A DNA stretch of 63,389 bases, counting the filler, from Globobulimina sp. (lineage: Eukaryota): NCBI GenBank assembly GCA_003354225.1. It is 35 parts of 35 records of this genome, joined end to end, with 100 filler letters (N's around TTAATTAATTAA, not from the genome) between each part and the next. Parts side by side here need not be neighbours in the genome. Positions count along the whole stretch, not along the records: positions 1 to 1,715 come from PIVH01012786.1; positions 1,816 to 3,530 come from PIVH01012787.1; positions 3,631 to 5,345 come from PIVH01012788.1; positions 5,446 to 7,160 come from PIVH01012789.1; positions 7,261 to 8,975 come from PIVH01012790.1; positions 9,076 to 10,790 come from PIVH01012791.1; 29 more parts are not named here. One strand, written 5' to 3'. Under the pieces are notes generated by a model, which did no database searches, was not told the origin of the DNA, and saw nothing but the letters and a program-made list of their open reading frames with translations. The stretch's first letter is position 1. Each line of letters begins with the position of its first letter. Position numbers and translations under genes: made by a program. This document shows positions 1-10,790 of the stretch, in pieces.

Positions 1-165
1 TACAAATGGAACAAGTAATAAATAATTAAGTTTCTTGTCAAGAACCGCGAAAATATGATTAAAGTGTCTAAATGTTCATTGGTAATCGATTCATAACATA
101 ATATTTGATATTTCCATTTGTTTGACAATTTTCGACAATTTTTGTCGTATAAATGCATTGCTAGT

Positions 166-764
166 ATGTTCAAAGTACTTCAAAGTAGATGGTCAAATTA
201 TGCTGTTTTTCACAACTGTGTATGTTTGTAGTAAATAAATATTTCTGTAGTAAAACAACAGCAGAAAAATCAGCATATACCAAAGAAGATACACGAAAGA
301 TTATTGTTTATGGTGTTATGAAATTATACCAAGACAAAATGTTCAAACAATTAACTGTGTTAACTCCATCTCAATCTCACGTAGTGCATATCAAGAAAGC
401 AATGGAATTGGTTGAACCAAACAAACAGATATCTGTTGTGTTACATTCAGCGGAAAGTGTTTGTACTAATAAATGCTGGAAAATGCATGTTGATTCACAT
501 TGTATTCATGTCTATGACACACCATTCGGATCTACCAATGCAGAAAGAGAACAAATCAAGGAATGGATGAATCAAGAATTTGGATGGGCTGCCATTGCCG
601 ATTTACCTTTATTTAGAAGCGTATTGCAACAGAAATTGAGGAAACAATTTGGTGGTTCATGGGGTATCGATGCTGAAATGGGATTGAATTCTGCGTCTGT
701 CTCGGGAGTTAGTTGGATTAAAAAAGATAAAATGTATGTTCACGCATACAAATTACAAAACTGA
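166..764 (+). CDS. Hypothetical protein, 2 exons (166..191, 251..764)
   Basis: ATG at 166 and a 59-nt GT..TAG intron at 192..250 restore frame with the long ORF. No confident family. Confidence 0.5.
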
Positions 765-1715
765 TGTTTACTTTACTTGTTTGTTGTTGACGGTGTTAGA
801 AGTAAATAAACAAAAACAAACAATAAATCTTGTTATTGTATCTGCAGTAAAATAATCGAAACACAAATTGTATCAATAGATAACCTAACCACCAGGTCAC
901 GTGTTTTTGGTGATCGGATTTTGAGTTTTGCAGTTGATCACCATTTATTATGATCTGAATCTGAAAAATATGAAGAAATATTATCTTTCTACAACCAATC
1001 AATTTACACAGTGAATAATAAGAAGAAGAGTAATAATTCAGAAAAAGGGACAATTTTTCATCATAAAATTAATATAAATAGGTAAACACAGATGATATTT
1101 TTGTCCGATGATACCTTTGCAACAAAACATTTTTCAATATAATATCATATAAATGCAGCAAAACTTGTGTCATTATATTATTATTCTATTTCGCCGTTGC
1201 AATCAATCAAGTTTGTCCATTAATGATTAATGTATATGTAAATGAATGAAATGTATCTTTGTTTGTTTAGCTAGTCCTCACAGTTGTGAAGTTTTGGCGC
1301 TGGTCAAACACTTCATTTGTTTTTAAACTTTTTTATTTTTTTGAAACTTTTTGAAATCTTTTGAAAGCATCGACGTCAAACCAATCTTTGTCAAACAAAC
1401 GTTAGAAATCAGTTATCACATCACATAGGAACTGAATCCACCGAATCTCGCGCGACTTGGCAAGAAATATCATGGATTAAGCATTTGAGAGTATGTATAC
1501 ACTGTCAGACAACATATTGCATCGCGGTTGAATTATCCATCAAACTGTTTGTTTCATCCAAAACATTTATTTCATCCAAAGTATATTTCGCGGCATTTTC
1601 GCCGTCCTTGATTTATAATGACATTGTAATCGGATCATTGATGCGAGGCATTGTGACTATGATTGATGCCTCGTTGGGTGTAATTGTGTGGTTATCGCGA
1701 CACATTAAAGGCGAT

Positions 1716-1815
1716 NNNNNNNNNNNNNNNNNNNNNNNNNNNNNNNNNNNNNNNNNNNNTTAATTAATTAANNNNNNNNNNNNNNNNNNNNNNNNNNNNN
1801 NNNNNNNNNNNNNNN
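1716..1815. other. Artificial contig linker N44-TTAATTAATTAA-N44 (first of 34; recurs about every 1.81 kb, last at 61578..61677)
   Basis: An identical 100-nt spacer with a six-frame stop core separates contigs of steadily decreasing length (1715, 1714, 1713, 1712 bp). Confidence 0.99.
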
Positions 1816-2390
1816 TATGCGGTGATTATGTTGTATTTCTAACCTACCCTACTAGTCTTGTAATTTTTGCTGTTTTTACTTAGTTGTATGACATAAATAG
1901 TAAATTCTGATTAATATACACATGTGATGATTGTGTTGTATTTTTTTACTACTCTTGTAATAAACTTTTGTTGTTTTTACGTACCGTATGTATGCAATTG
2001 GCATAAATAGTAAAATTCTGATGTTAAACTGGTGAATGGTGAAATTTGAGGATTTTCTGTTTAGATACGCATAGACAAACCACTTTTTAATACTTGTAAA
2101 CCAGCTCTAATTAATTGCCGACTTCGATTCCGGCGAAATATTAAAAATATAAAAGAAAAAATAATTAATATAAAAAAAATTCTCCCAGCCGGGTTCGAAC
2201 TTCTCGTGGCCACCGGGAATTTATCATATTTGTTGATGTAATGCTATTTAACACTTGTATTCGGTGATAGCGGCCCATTAAATGACCAAGTAATAAGTTG
2301 GAAGCATAAAAAATGGGTACAAACAGGTTAAAAGAGTAAACGAACAGCTAAATTACATAAGTAGGTGAAGTTATGGCTTCAGTCGACAAA

Positions 2391-3149
2391 CCGTTGGATA
2401 GAGCATTGCACGGCGATCATTTTGGTTTTTTTTTCGACCAATTTTGACCACTGGTTGGCCGACTACGTTCAATTTAATGAAAATTTGCTTGTTGCAAAAA
2501 TTGATTTTTTGGGGTCCTTACTTCAGACGCTCGTAGCTAGATGATAAATGAAGATTAGAGGGTGATTTTTTTTCCAAAATGTAGCCCACGACTTGCCGAA
2601 GACGGTGGCATCTCATATCTGGCGATATCTGCCAATTTAAAGGTCAAATAAAAACGCGGAGACATGAAAAATGGGTAAAAATGGGAAAAAAACGAATTTT
2701 TCGACAAACATCGCCTTTGGCACAACATTTAAAAATGTATAAACGGGACGTTTAATATACCATTCGAAAGCTCTTGTTAAGGGCTAAAATCGGTAGATAG
2801 CGATTTTTGGTTCGACGCCTAGTAGGCACGTAAATGACGATTATATTCGACTGGTCGGCGACGAACTGAAACACCGGAGGTAACCGAAAAGCGATATTAC
2901 AAAACTAAGTTAAGATATGCCATCAATCGATATACCAATCGATAGAGAATTGCACGGCGATCATTTTGTTTTTTTTTTCGACCAATTTCGTCCATTGGAT
3001 GGCAAGCTATGCCTAATTTAGTGAAAAATTGAATGTCGAAAAAATTGATGTTTTGGGGTCCTTACTTCCGACGCCAGTAGCGATTCGAAAAAACCATTTC
3101 GGAAGGTGATTTTTTTTTTTAAAATGTAGCCCGTGATCCAAGGAAGACG
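2391..3149. repeat. Diverged direct repeat of about 215 bp (2391..2604 and 2935..3149) in a non-coding contig
   Basis: Shared blocks in the same order: gatagag-ttgcacggcgatcatttt, tttcgaccaattt, ttttggggtccttacttc-gacgc, ggtgatttttttt-aaaatgtagccc, gaagacg. Confidence 0.85.
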
Positions 3150-3631
3150 ATAGTGAAAGAATTAGGTTCGTAGCTTGTCTTGGACAGGTTTGGTACACTT
3201 TTGAAAAATAGGTAAAAATTGCCCACTGAGTTTTTGAAAAATATTGTCTCGCCGTGCCGTCGCCAGGGGGCTCAGTTGGGTATTTAATGTTGTGTTATGT
3301 ACCCAATAGGTAACTCTACCCACCCACCAAGTTTCATTCCCATAACTCCTCCCAGTCGTCCAGGAGAGAACTTTAGATTAGCTGTTTCAAGACATATTTT
3401 GGCCATATATCTGAGTTGGGCTCCCCCCCTGGTAATAATTAATTACCATAATTATTGTTAGTAATCAACTTTATAATTTATATTTCGCTCGCATAAACTT
3501 CGGGACATTATTAGCTCTCGATCGAAAATTNNNNNNNNNNNNNNNNNNNNNNNNNNNNNNNNNNNNNNNNNNNNTTAATTAATTAANNNNNNNNNNNNNN
3601 NNNNNNNNNNNNNNNNNNNNNNNNNNNNNNA

Positions 3632-4661
3632 GACAAATCACAATTGGAAAAATATAAAAAATTGCTAAAAATGAAACTGCCGCCGGGCTCTGTTAAACTT
3701 AAAATGAAAAGAGCCAAACATCACCATTTGTTACCATATATATTTGACGGTGGTGATGACGCTAAAAAGAAGCAGAAAAAAACTGATCTGCCCAATGGTA
3801 CATATATAACATAAATGTTTATTTTTGTTAATATGAAACATATTATATAGATGTTAATGAAAAACCAAAATTAAAACCAAATGTAGCAATGTTGCCATTC
3901 CATTGGAATAAAATCCAAGAACAAGCAATGAAAAAAACTGTTTGGTATGATATCTATCATAAATTTGGAAATAAAGAAAATACAATATTTGAATTGGCGA
4001 AATTGGACGAATTGTTTGGGAAACCAGAGGAAGAAAAAAAATCTAAGAAATCTAAAAAAAATAAAAAAAAGAAACGCAATGCAAAAAATGCTGCGCCATC
4101 TGTTACGTTGAAACATATTTTATTTGTTTGCTTCAAAGTATATTTGTTTTATATGTGCAGGAAGTTATAGTTTTAGATAAGAAGACGAGGCAAAAAGTAG
4201 AAATATTTTTGAATCGAGTTCGAATGAATTGGAAAATGAGCAGAAAGGACATGTGCGAGAATATTAGTAATATGAATGAAAGAGAACTGACAAATGAGCA
4301 CATTGACAAATTAATGACAGTGGCACCAAATAAAAAGCAGGGCGATGAGTTACGGAAATCTATCAAAGGATTGGCTAAGAATGAAATATTAGGGAAAGCT
4401 GCATTGTTTTGGCAGGAATTGTTAACGGTTGATCCATTGATTAAGGATAGGTTAACTTTATGGGGTTTTAAGTTGAGTTTTAAGGGATTAATCAATGAGG
4501 AACAGAGAAAAACAGATTTGTTGGATGAATGTATTCAGAAAATAAAGAGTGACGATGCATTTAAGAGAGTGTTGTCATTGTCATTAGATATTGGTAATTA
4601 TGTGAATGGCGGTAAACGACAGGGACAAGCGTATGGATTTAATATTGCCACTTTAGAGAAA
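3632..4661 (+). CDS. Formin (FH2 domain) with an upstream WASH/CCDC53-like motif, partial; exons 3632..3797, 3851..4101, 4161..4661
   Basis: KYKKLLKMKLPPGSVKLKM motif, PFHWNKI start of FH2, and FH2 post motif LSLDIGNYVNGGKRQGQAYGFNIATLEK. Both introns are GT-AG and phase-consistent. Confidence 0.9.
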
Positions 4662-4662
4662 G

Positions 4663-5345
4663 TTACGTAAACATTGAATTGTAATCAATTTCTATTCCAT
4701 GTCTGTGCATGAGAAAATGATTCATTTTTTGACGCGTCCACTGAGGTGATCCAGTGATGTTGTATCTAGAAGACGTATTCCCCGCTGATTGAAATATTTG
4801 ACAAATGAATCGTGTGTTATCTTGAGTATATCCAATATTATTATCCAATCTTTCAGGTGAAAATGACCAAGAGATACCATTTTGAAATGTTAATGGGATA
4901 TTTGAATAATAGCATCGCCATTTTTGTAAATCCATTGTATGCAATACTGATTCAACTGAAAGATTGTATATTCCGCGAGTTTGTGATTTCTTTTTCCTTC
5001 TACGTGCATTGCATTCAGCTGATTTCAATTTCGATTTGATAAATTGCAATTGCGGTATAAATTTGTTGTATTGCATTTTGCATCTATAACAAAAGAAATT
5101 ATTTTTAACTATTTTATTATTGCACAAACTGCATGTTTTCCGAATTTGGTTATTTATTTTATGTTGTATTGCTTCATGCAATTCAAGTGTTATCTTAGTT
5201 CTTTCATGAATTTCATACTCTGACGGTTGCATGATTTTGTCAGGCAATGTGTTTATCAAATCTTTATTCCATTGGAAATTTGTTTTACCATCAAGGGTTT
5301 GGCTTTCAAATAATGATATTTTTTCATCATTGAGTTTTTTTAATA
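4663..5345 (-). CDS. HNH-like (S-x-D/E-R-x-D...GY...N...C type) endonuclease-family protein with an upstream CxxC..CxxC; 5' partial
   Basis: WRCYYSNIPL..SFSPERLDNNIGYTQDNTRFIC and CSLC..CYRC. The frame stays open from the track start (5259) to the contig edge. No introns. Confidence 0.7.
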
Positions 5346-5570
5346 NNNNNNNNNNNNNNNNNNNNNNNNNNNNNNNNNNNNNNNNNNNNTTAATTAATTA
5401 ANNNNNNNNNNNNNNNNNNNNNNNNNNNNNNNNNNNNNNNNNNNNTAAACAACAACAGCAGCAGCCATCAGTAGATGATTCAATACAAGATAATAAATCT
5501 GTTGATGATGATTCAACGCAAGATAGTTCGAGTGGTGATGGAGATAGTTCGAGGGATTCGCGACAAAAGC

Positions 5571-7160
5571 ATGGCAAACAGAGAAAACAGTAATATGTAC
5601 AAAGGACGGTATGAATGGATTATTAAAGGCAATAAATTAACACAAATGCTTAAAGCAAATAATGGACAGAAATTTACATCACAGACATTTAAAATGTGGT
5701 CATTAGATTGGTGTATTGAAGCATATCCGAATGGTGATAGAGATAATAATGTTGGTTCATTTAAAGTGTTTTTAAAATTATTATCCTTACCATCCTTTAC
5801 TGTCGGTTTGATTATTTATCAAAGAATTTATTGTAAAGAATTGTTTTCAACTCATACAAACATCACACCATATAATTATAAAAAAGATGATAGCAAAGGA
5901 TTGGCAGATTATACATTATCATTAAATGAAGTGAGAAATAAGAATATGACACAAATAAGTTTTATAATTGAAATAAAAATACCAATAATGGATTGTATTG
6001 CGAACTGTATTGGCATTTTAAGAGAAGAAAAGGATTCTTCATTGAAACACATTGTAAATAATGGAGAACATTACAATGATATTATTGCGAAACTAAATTA
6101 TCCATTTATTTGTTGCTGGATCGTATCTGATGGTATTATTGATGCAGAAAGCTACGATTTGAGATTCAATTTGTACCTTAAACATAAGTATCCTAATTAT
6201 AAAATTGCTAATTTGTACCAATATAAGTTTCACACAACTCACAAACAAATAAAATATCTCCACCACCACGCATACACAGGAAAAGACAGTAGATTCCATT
6301 TGGCACAAATGGCGTTTCCAAGGCCTACTGATCCACAACGTATACAACGAAAACATCGGGGCTTGAATCAGCAAATGAGATTAATGGATGATTTGTTAAT
6401 GATCAAGCCAGATATTCAAACAATTGCCTCTTTTGACAATCAGATAGATGGAAATTATGAGTGTACATCACCAGGAAGGAAATATTCGAGAGCAAGATTT
6501 TGGAATTCTGAACAAAAAAAAGCTACACAACGCGATAACGACGCATTGAGCCATTTTTTGTGTCAATTATTGAATTCTGCATCGTTTGCAGTGAAAAGCA
6601 AAGAGTTATTTGCAAAATGTAATATTAATAATTGTGTGAGTCAGATAATAAAATTAAAAGCAACTTCAATGTTGCAGATATTGCGTGCTTTGGCAGTGGA
6701 AAATATATTTTATGACAAAGACAGACATTTACACGAAAAGCTGCTGACAGATAAATGGAAATATGTGAGATTCCATACCTTATCGGTTGCGACCCGACCA
6801 GCTCATGGCAATAAATTAAGTTTCATCGATCATTGGGCGTTGAAGTTTGAAGGAGTTCAATGGTTATTAACTGTGGAATGGTTTGGTTCGGCTACGTTTT
6901 TTGTTAAATTTCTGCCAAATAACTGTTTGGGTCAAAAGGTATTTTGGTTTTCGTGGACAAAGAAAAGCACTCAAACCTTTACGCAGCGATGGGGCTCTTT
7001 GAAAAAAATAAATATATCACAAGGAATTACTGCAGAAAATATATGCAAATTACTTAATAAATGGTTGGCGTTTGGTGATGGCCAGGAATATAAATCAAAA
7101 TATGACCAAATGAGAAATAATTGTCAACATTTTGTGAGAGATTTTGTGTGTTTTTTGAAT
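5571..7160 (+). CDS. MATH-domain protein with a C-terminal permuted papain-like (PPPDE/LRAT-type) domain, 3' partial
   Basis: MATH-like YEWII..FTSQTF..WCIEAYPNG..FKVFLKLLSLP. His-before-Cys motifs HWALKFEG and YDQMRNNCQHFV. Confidence 0.7.
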
Positions 7161-7260
7161 NNNNNNNNNNNNNNNNNNNNNNNNNNNNNNNNNNNNNNNN
7201 NNNNTTAATTAATTAANNNNNNNNNNNNNNNNNNNNNNNNNNNNNNNNNNNNNNNNNNNN

Positions 7261-7596
7261 GAGTCATGGCTACAAATTCGGAATATTGTAACGGAAATTG
7301 ATATGATGTTGGGTAAAAATTGTATATTTTACCAAAGTTTGCTCGCATTCTTTTCAAGTTTCTGGTCAAATTATCTTTTTTTTGTCATTTGTGCGGTCCT
7401 ATAAAAGTGATTTATTTTTTTGAAATTTATTAAGTGAATATGATGAAGATGCTCTAAAATATCGTTTTGTTGTCCACATTATATTCCATTCATTTTCTGC
7501 ATGAATGTTACTGTTCCATTCCATCCATCCTCTATCTTCAAATATTTCACGTAATGACGGTGGTACGTCTTCACTTAGTTTGTAAATATAACTCAT
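7261..7596 (-). CDS. Tubulin-tyrosine-ligase-like (TTLL) N-terminus, partial, with two +1 shifts in A-runs
   Basis: EIFEDRGW..EWNIMW..QK(I)NHFYRTAQMTKKDNLTRNLKRMR..IYNFYPTSY, read after removing one base in each T-run (7415..7421 and 7376..7383). Confidence 0.8.
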
Positions 7597-7655
7597 TGCA
7601 CCCAAATGCTTTTGTTAATTATACTTTGCTTTTTTCAACAACCTCTAATACTATC

Positions 7656-8975
7656 ATGACACCGTTAGCTGTTCGGCTTGTTCTTTCATTCCTATTTCCC
7701 ACACTCATCCACACACTCTTAGCATTTAGCAACACATGTACAACACCACATGAATTGATTGATGACGAAATAGCAATCCATGATTGGTTCGACTCGTTGA
7801 ACAGTCATTTCCGGCATGACCAACTATCCATATTACCCATGGACGACACAGTGATCGACCCAAACACAAACCATATCGCTAAACAAGTCTCAAACGCCAT
7901 ATTTTCCGTTGTAAATCCGGAAACAATCCGAGATGCAAAATTAATCTCTTTATCAGAGAGCACTCTGTCACAAACTTTAAATCTGTCATTTCCAATTCTA
8001 CCGCATCTAAAGCACAAAATATACAACATATTAACCGACATAGTCAGTGGCAATATGTCGATTACAACGCACTACATTCCCAATATCATACCGTATGCGC
8101 ATTGTTATTGTGGTCACCAATTTGGATTCTTTGCAGGTCAACTCGGTGATGGCAGAGCTTTATCACTCGGTGAATATCATACAAATAGTGGCGATATCTG
8201 GGAGTTGCAATTAAAAGGCTCTGGCAAGACCCCCTTCTCTCGGAAAGGCGACGGACGCGCTGTGTTAAGGAGCTCCATTCGCGAATATTTAATGTCTGAA
8301 TACATGCATTCTATAAATATTGCCACCTCGCGAGCAGCAATGATCATAACCAGCAGCACTGACACAGTGAACAGAGATAAATTTTACAATGGTGATACTA
8401 CAGAAGAAGCAGTGAGCATTGTATTGAGAATGGCACCCAATTGGATACGGTTTGGTTCCTTCGAGTTGCATATAGCCAAAAATAACAGATATGGACCAAA
8501 TTTCTTTGAACCTATCGAGTCGCAAAGATATTTAACCAAATCGTTACTGGATTATGTGATTGAGCATCATTATAATGACATATGGCTACAATACAAAGAT
8601 GCAAATATGTATGAGATATGGTGGAAAGAGTTAGTGCGGAAATGTGTGCTGTTGGTAGCAAAGTGGATGAGTGTGGGTTTTGTGCATGGCACACTAAATA
8701 CGGATAATATGAGTATATTAGGCATTGGCATTGATTATGGGCCCTTTGGAATGATGGAATATTATCAAGCTGATTATGTACCAAATTATAGTGATGATAA
8801 TGGGCGGTATGCGTATAACAAACAGGTGAAAATATTCAAATGGAACATGCGGATTTTAGCAGATGCATTGGACAAAGTTAATATATTACCGATGAATGTG
8901 ACTAGTGCGTATTTGCACGGTTATTTTGATGAGCTGTATGAGAACTATTTTATGCATGAAATGAAGCAAAAATTT
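7656..8975 (+). CDS. SELENOO: SelO/YdiU-family protein adenylyltransferase (pseudokinase), 3' partial
   Basis: YCGHQFG..AGQLGDGRA, ELQLKGSGKTPFSRKGDGRAVLRSSIRE, RFGSFE, GFVHGTLNTDNMSI..IDYGPFG. Confidence 0.95.
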
Positions 8976-9077
8976 NNNNNNNNNNNNNNNNNNNNNNNNN
9001 NNNNNNNNNNNNNNNNNNNTTAATTAATTAANNNNNNNNNNNNNNNNNNNNNNNNNNNNNNNNNNNNNNNNNNNNAG

Positions 9078-10790
9078 AAAACCATCAAACTCGCACTGAC
9101 CCACATCACCGACATACTGTGTGGCTTAATCAACGATTTGCAGGTCATTCCAGAGATTTTCCTCAAGTTCATCCTGCACCGCTTAATCGAGCCATATCGC
9201 AGCAAAAACCCAAACGAGTACGACTTGGCCGTCACCGTCATCCGCCGTTGTACGGGCGACTTGAAATTGGCCATTGAGGAATATATACATAACACCATCA
9301 CGCATCTGGACCACATCTACGACCTAACTGACGATGACAAGAGCAAGAAACGGGAAAAACAATTACGTGAAGATAGGCGCGCCTTCGCTGCCGAACTATG
9401 TGTCATCACCGAACTGTCGAGCATCAGTACAGAATTCGTAGAGAATGCGTTGTTAAATCTAGAGGAATGTCTGCAAAATGAACGCTTGGAAGTGCGCTTG
9501 TTGTTCGTCAATATGTTTGCCAGCATTTTCACGCAAATCTCGCCCAGTTTGTCGCGAGAATGGAGCAGTTTGTTTCGTATCTTTCTGAAGCGTTACGACG
9601 ATGTCAGTATAGAGATTCGCGAGTTTATGGCCAATATAACTTGTGTGCTGTTGCAGACGCAGTACAATTTCGTGAAAGAGATCCAGGAGTTTTGTATCAA
9701 GCGCATTGAAGACGTGAATGAACGGATTCGGAAAGAGATTACGAAGCAAGTCTGTATGGCCGCTATTGAGTCGAGCAGCAATTCTCCGAACAGTGTGATC
9801 AGTGTGCCATTGTTTAATAAGCTGTTGCAGCGCACATTGGATAAGAAGGCCGTAGTGAGATATTGCGCCATTGAGTACAGCAGCAAGTTGTTTGGACAGC
9901 ATTTGAATCCGTATTGGAGGATGAATAAGAAGTTGCCGTCGGAGATGAGGGTCTTGCTGCCGATCCCCAAGAAGTTAATGAGTGTGTTGGGCAGTATCGA
10001 CTTCAGCACAAAGATACATTTGGAGTCCGTCTTCGATGCGGAGATGATTGGCAATCAACACTTTATGCTCAAGGATAACAAGAAGAAACTGGACGTTGCA
10101 GCGCGTATTGAGGAGAGAATGAATGTGATATTGGGCATCGTGGCGTTGTTGCCAGATGAGAGCAAGAGGCTGTTTCACAAATATTTCATGCGCGAAAAAT
10201 ACCAATTACAGGCGTTGATTAATAAAATATTAACCACTTATAATGAGCTACGGATGGCGAAGAGTAACAAAACCATACAGATGGATGACAATGCAGACAG
10301 TGAGGAGGAGGGAGAAGATGACGATGTGGATATGAAAGAAGCAGACGACAAGCATAGAATGAATGAAAATCGTGCATTGGAGAGACAATATGAGATATCA
10401 TACAGTAATTTTAATCAACGATTTCCTCTTTACGGCTCGTATCGGCATTCGGCAAAGATATCCTCGCCGAACAGCAAGAAAAACGTGTCCAAACCGAGTG
10501 ATTACTTGAAAGAAATAATCGAATCGCCAAACAGCAAAATTCGACATTATTTGCAGAATCTGTGCAGTACATCGAGTAAATTAAAGGCAACTTATAATTG
10601 CAGCAAACATTTGTTAGCCTTCGTGCATGCGAGCACTCATAAACACACTAAAAAGGCACAAGCAAGCAAATTGAACGAGTTTGCCGAGGCGTTGTGTACG
10701 CGAATCAGCAATGTCTTGTTTAGTTGTGACGCCATATCGGTGCTATTGAATAAAATGGTCGCTATTATTGAGAATGATAATGGCCAACCA
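9078..10790 (+). CDS. PDS5: Sister chromatid cohesion protein PDS5 (HEAT repeats), internal fragment
   Basis: Single open frame across the contig: LEVRLLFVNMFASIF, FLKRYDDVSIEIR, IEDVNERIR, RTLDKKAVVR, IPKKLM. Confidence 0.8.

Noticed and set aside
7467-7655. N-terminal extension of SelO in the ORF track
   Set aside because: It starts at TTG and overlaps the antisense TTLL gene. ATG 7656 is the plausible start.
9317-10401. Several antisense ORFs within PDS5 (and similar shadow ORFs in other genes)
   Set aside because: They are shadows of the real coding strand, with no motifs.
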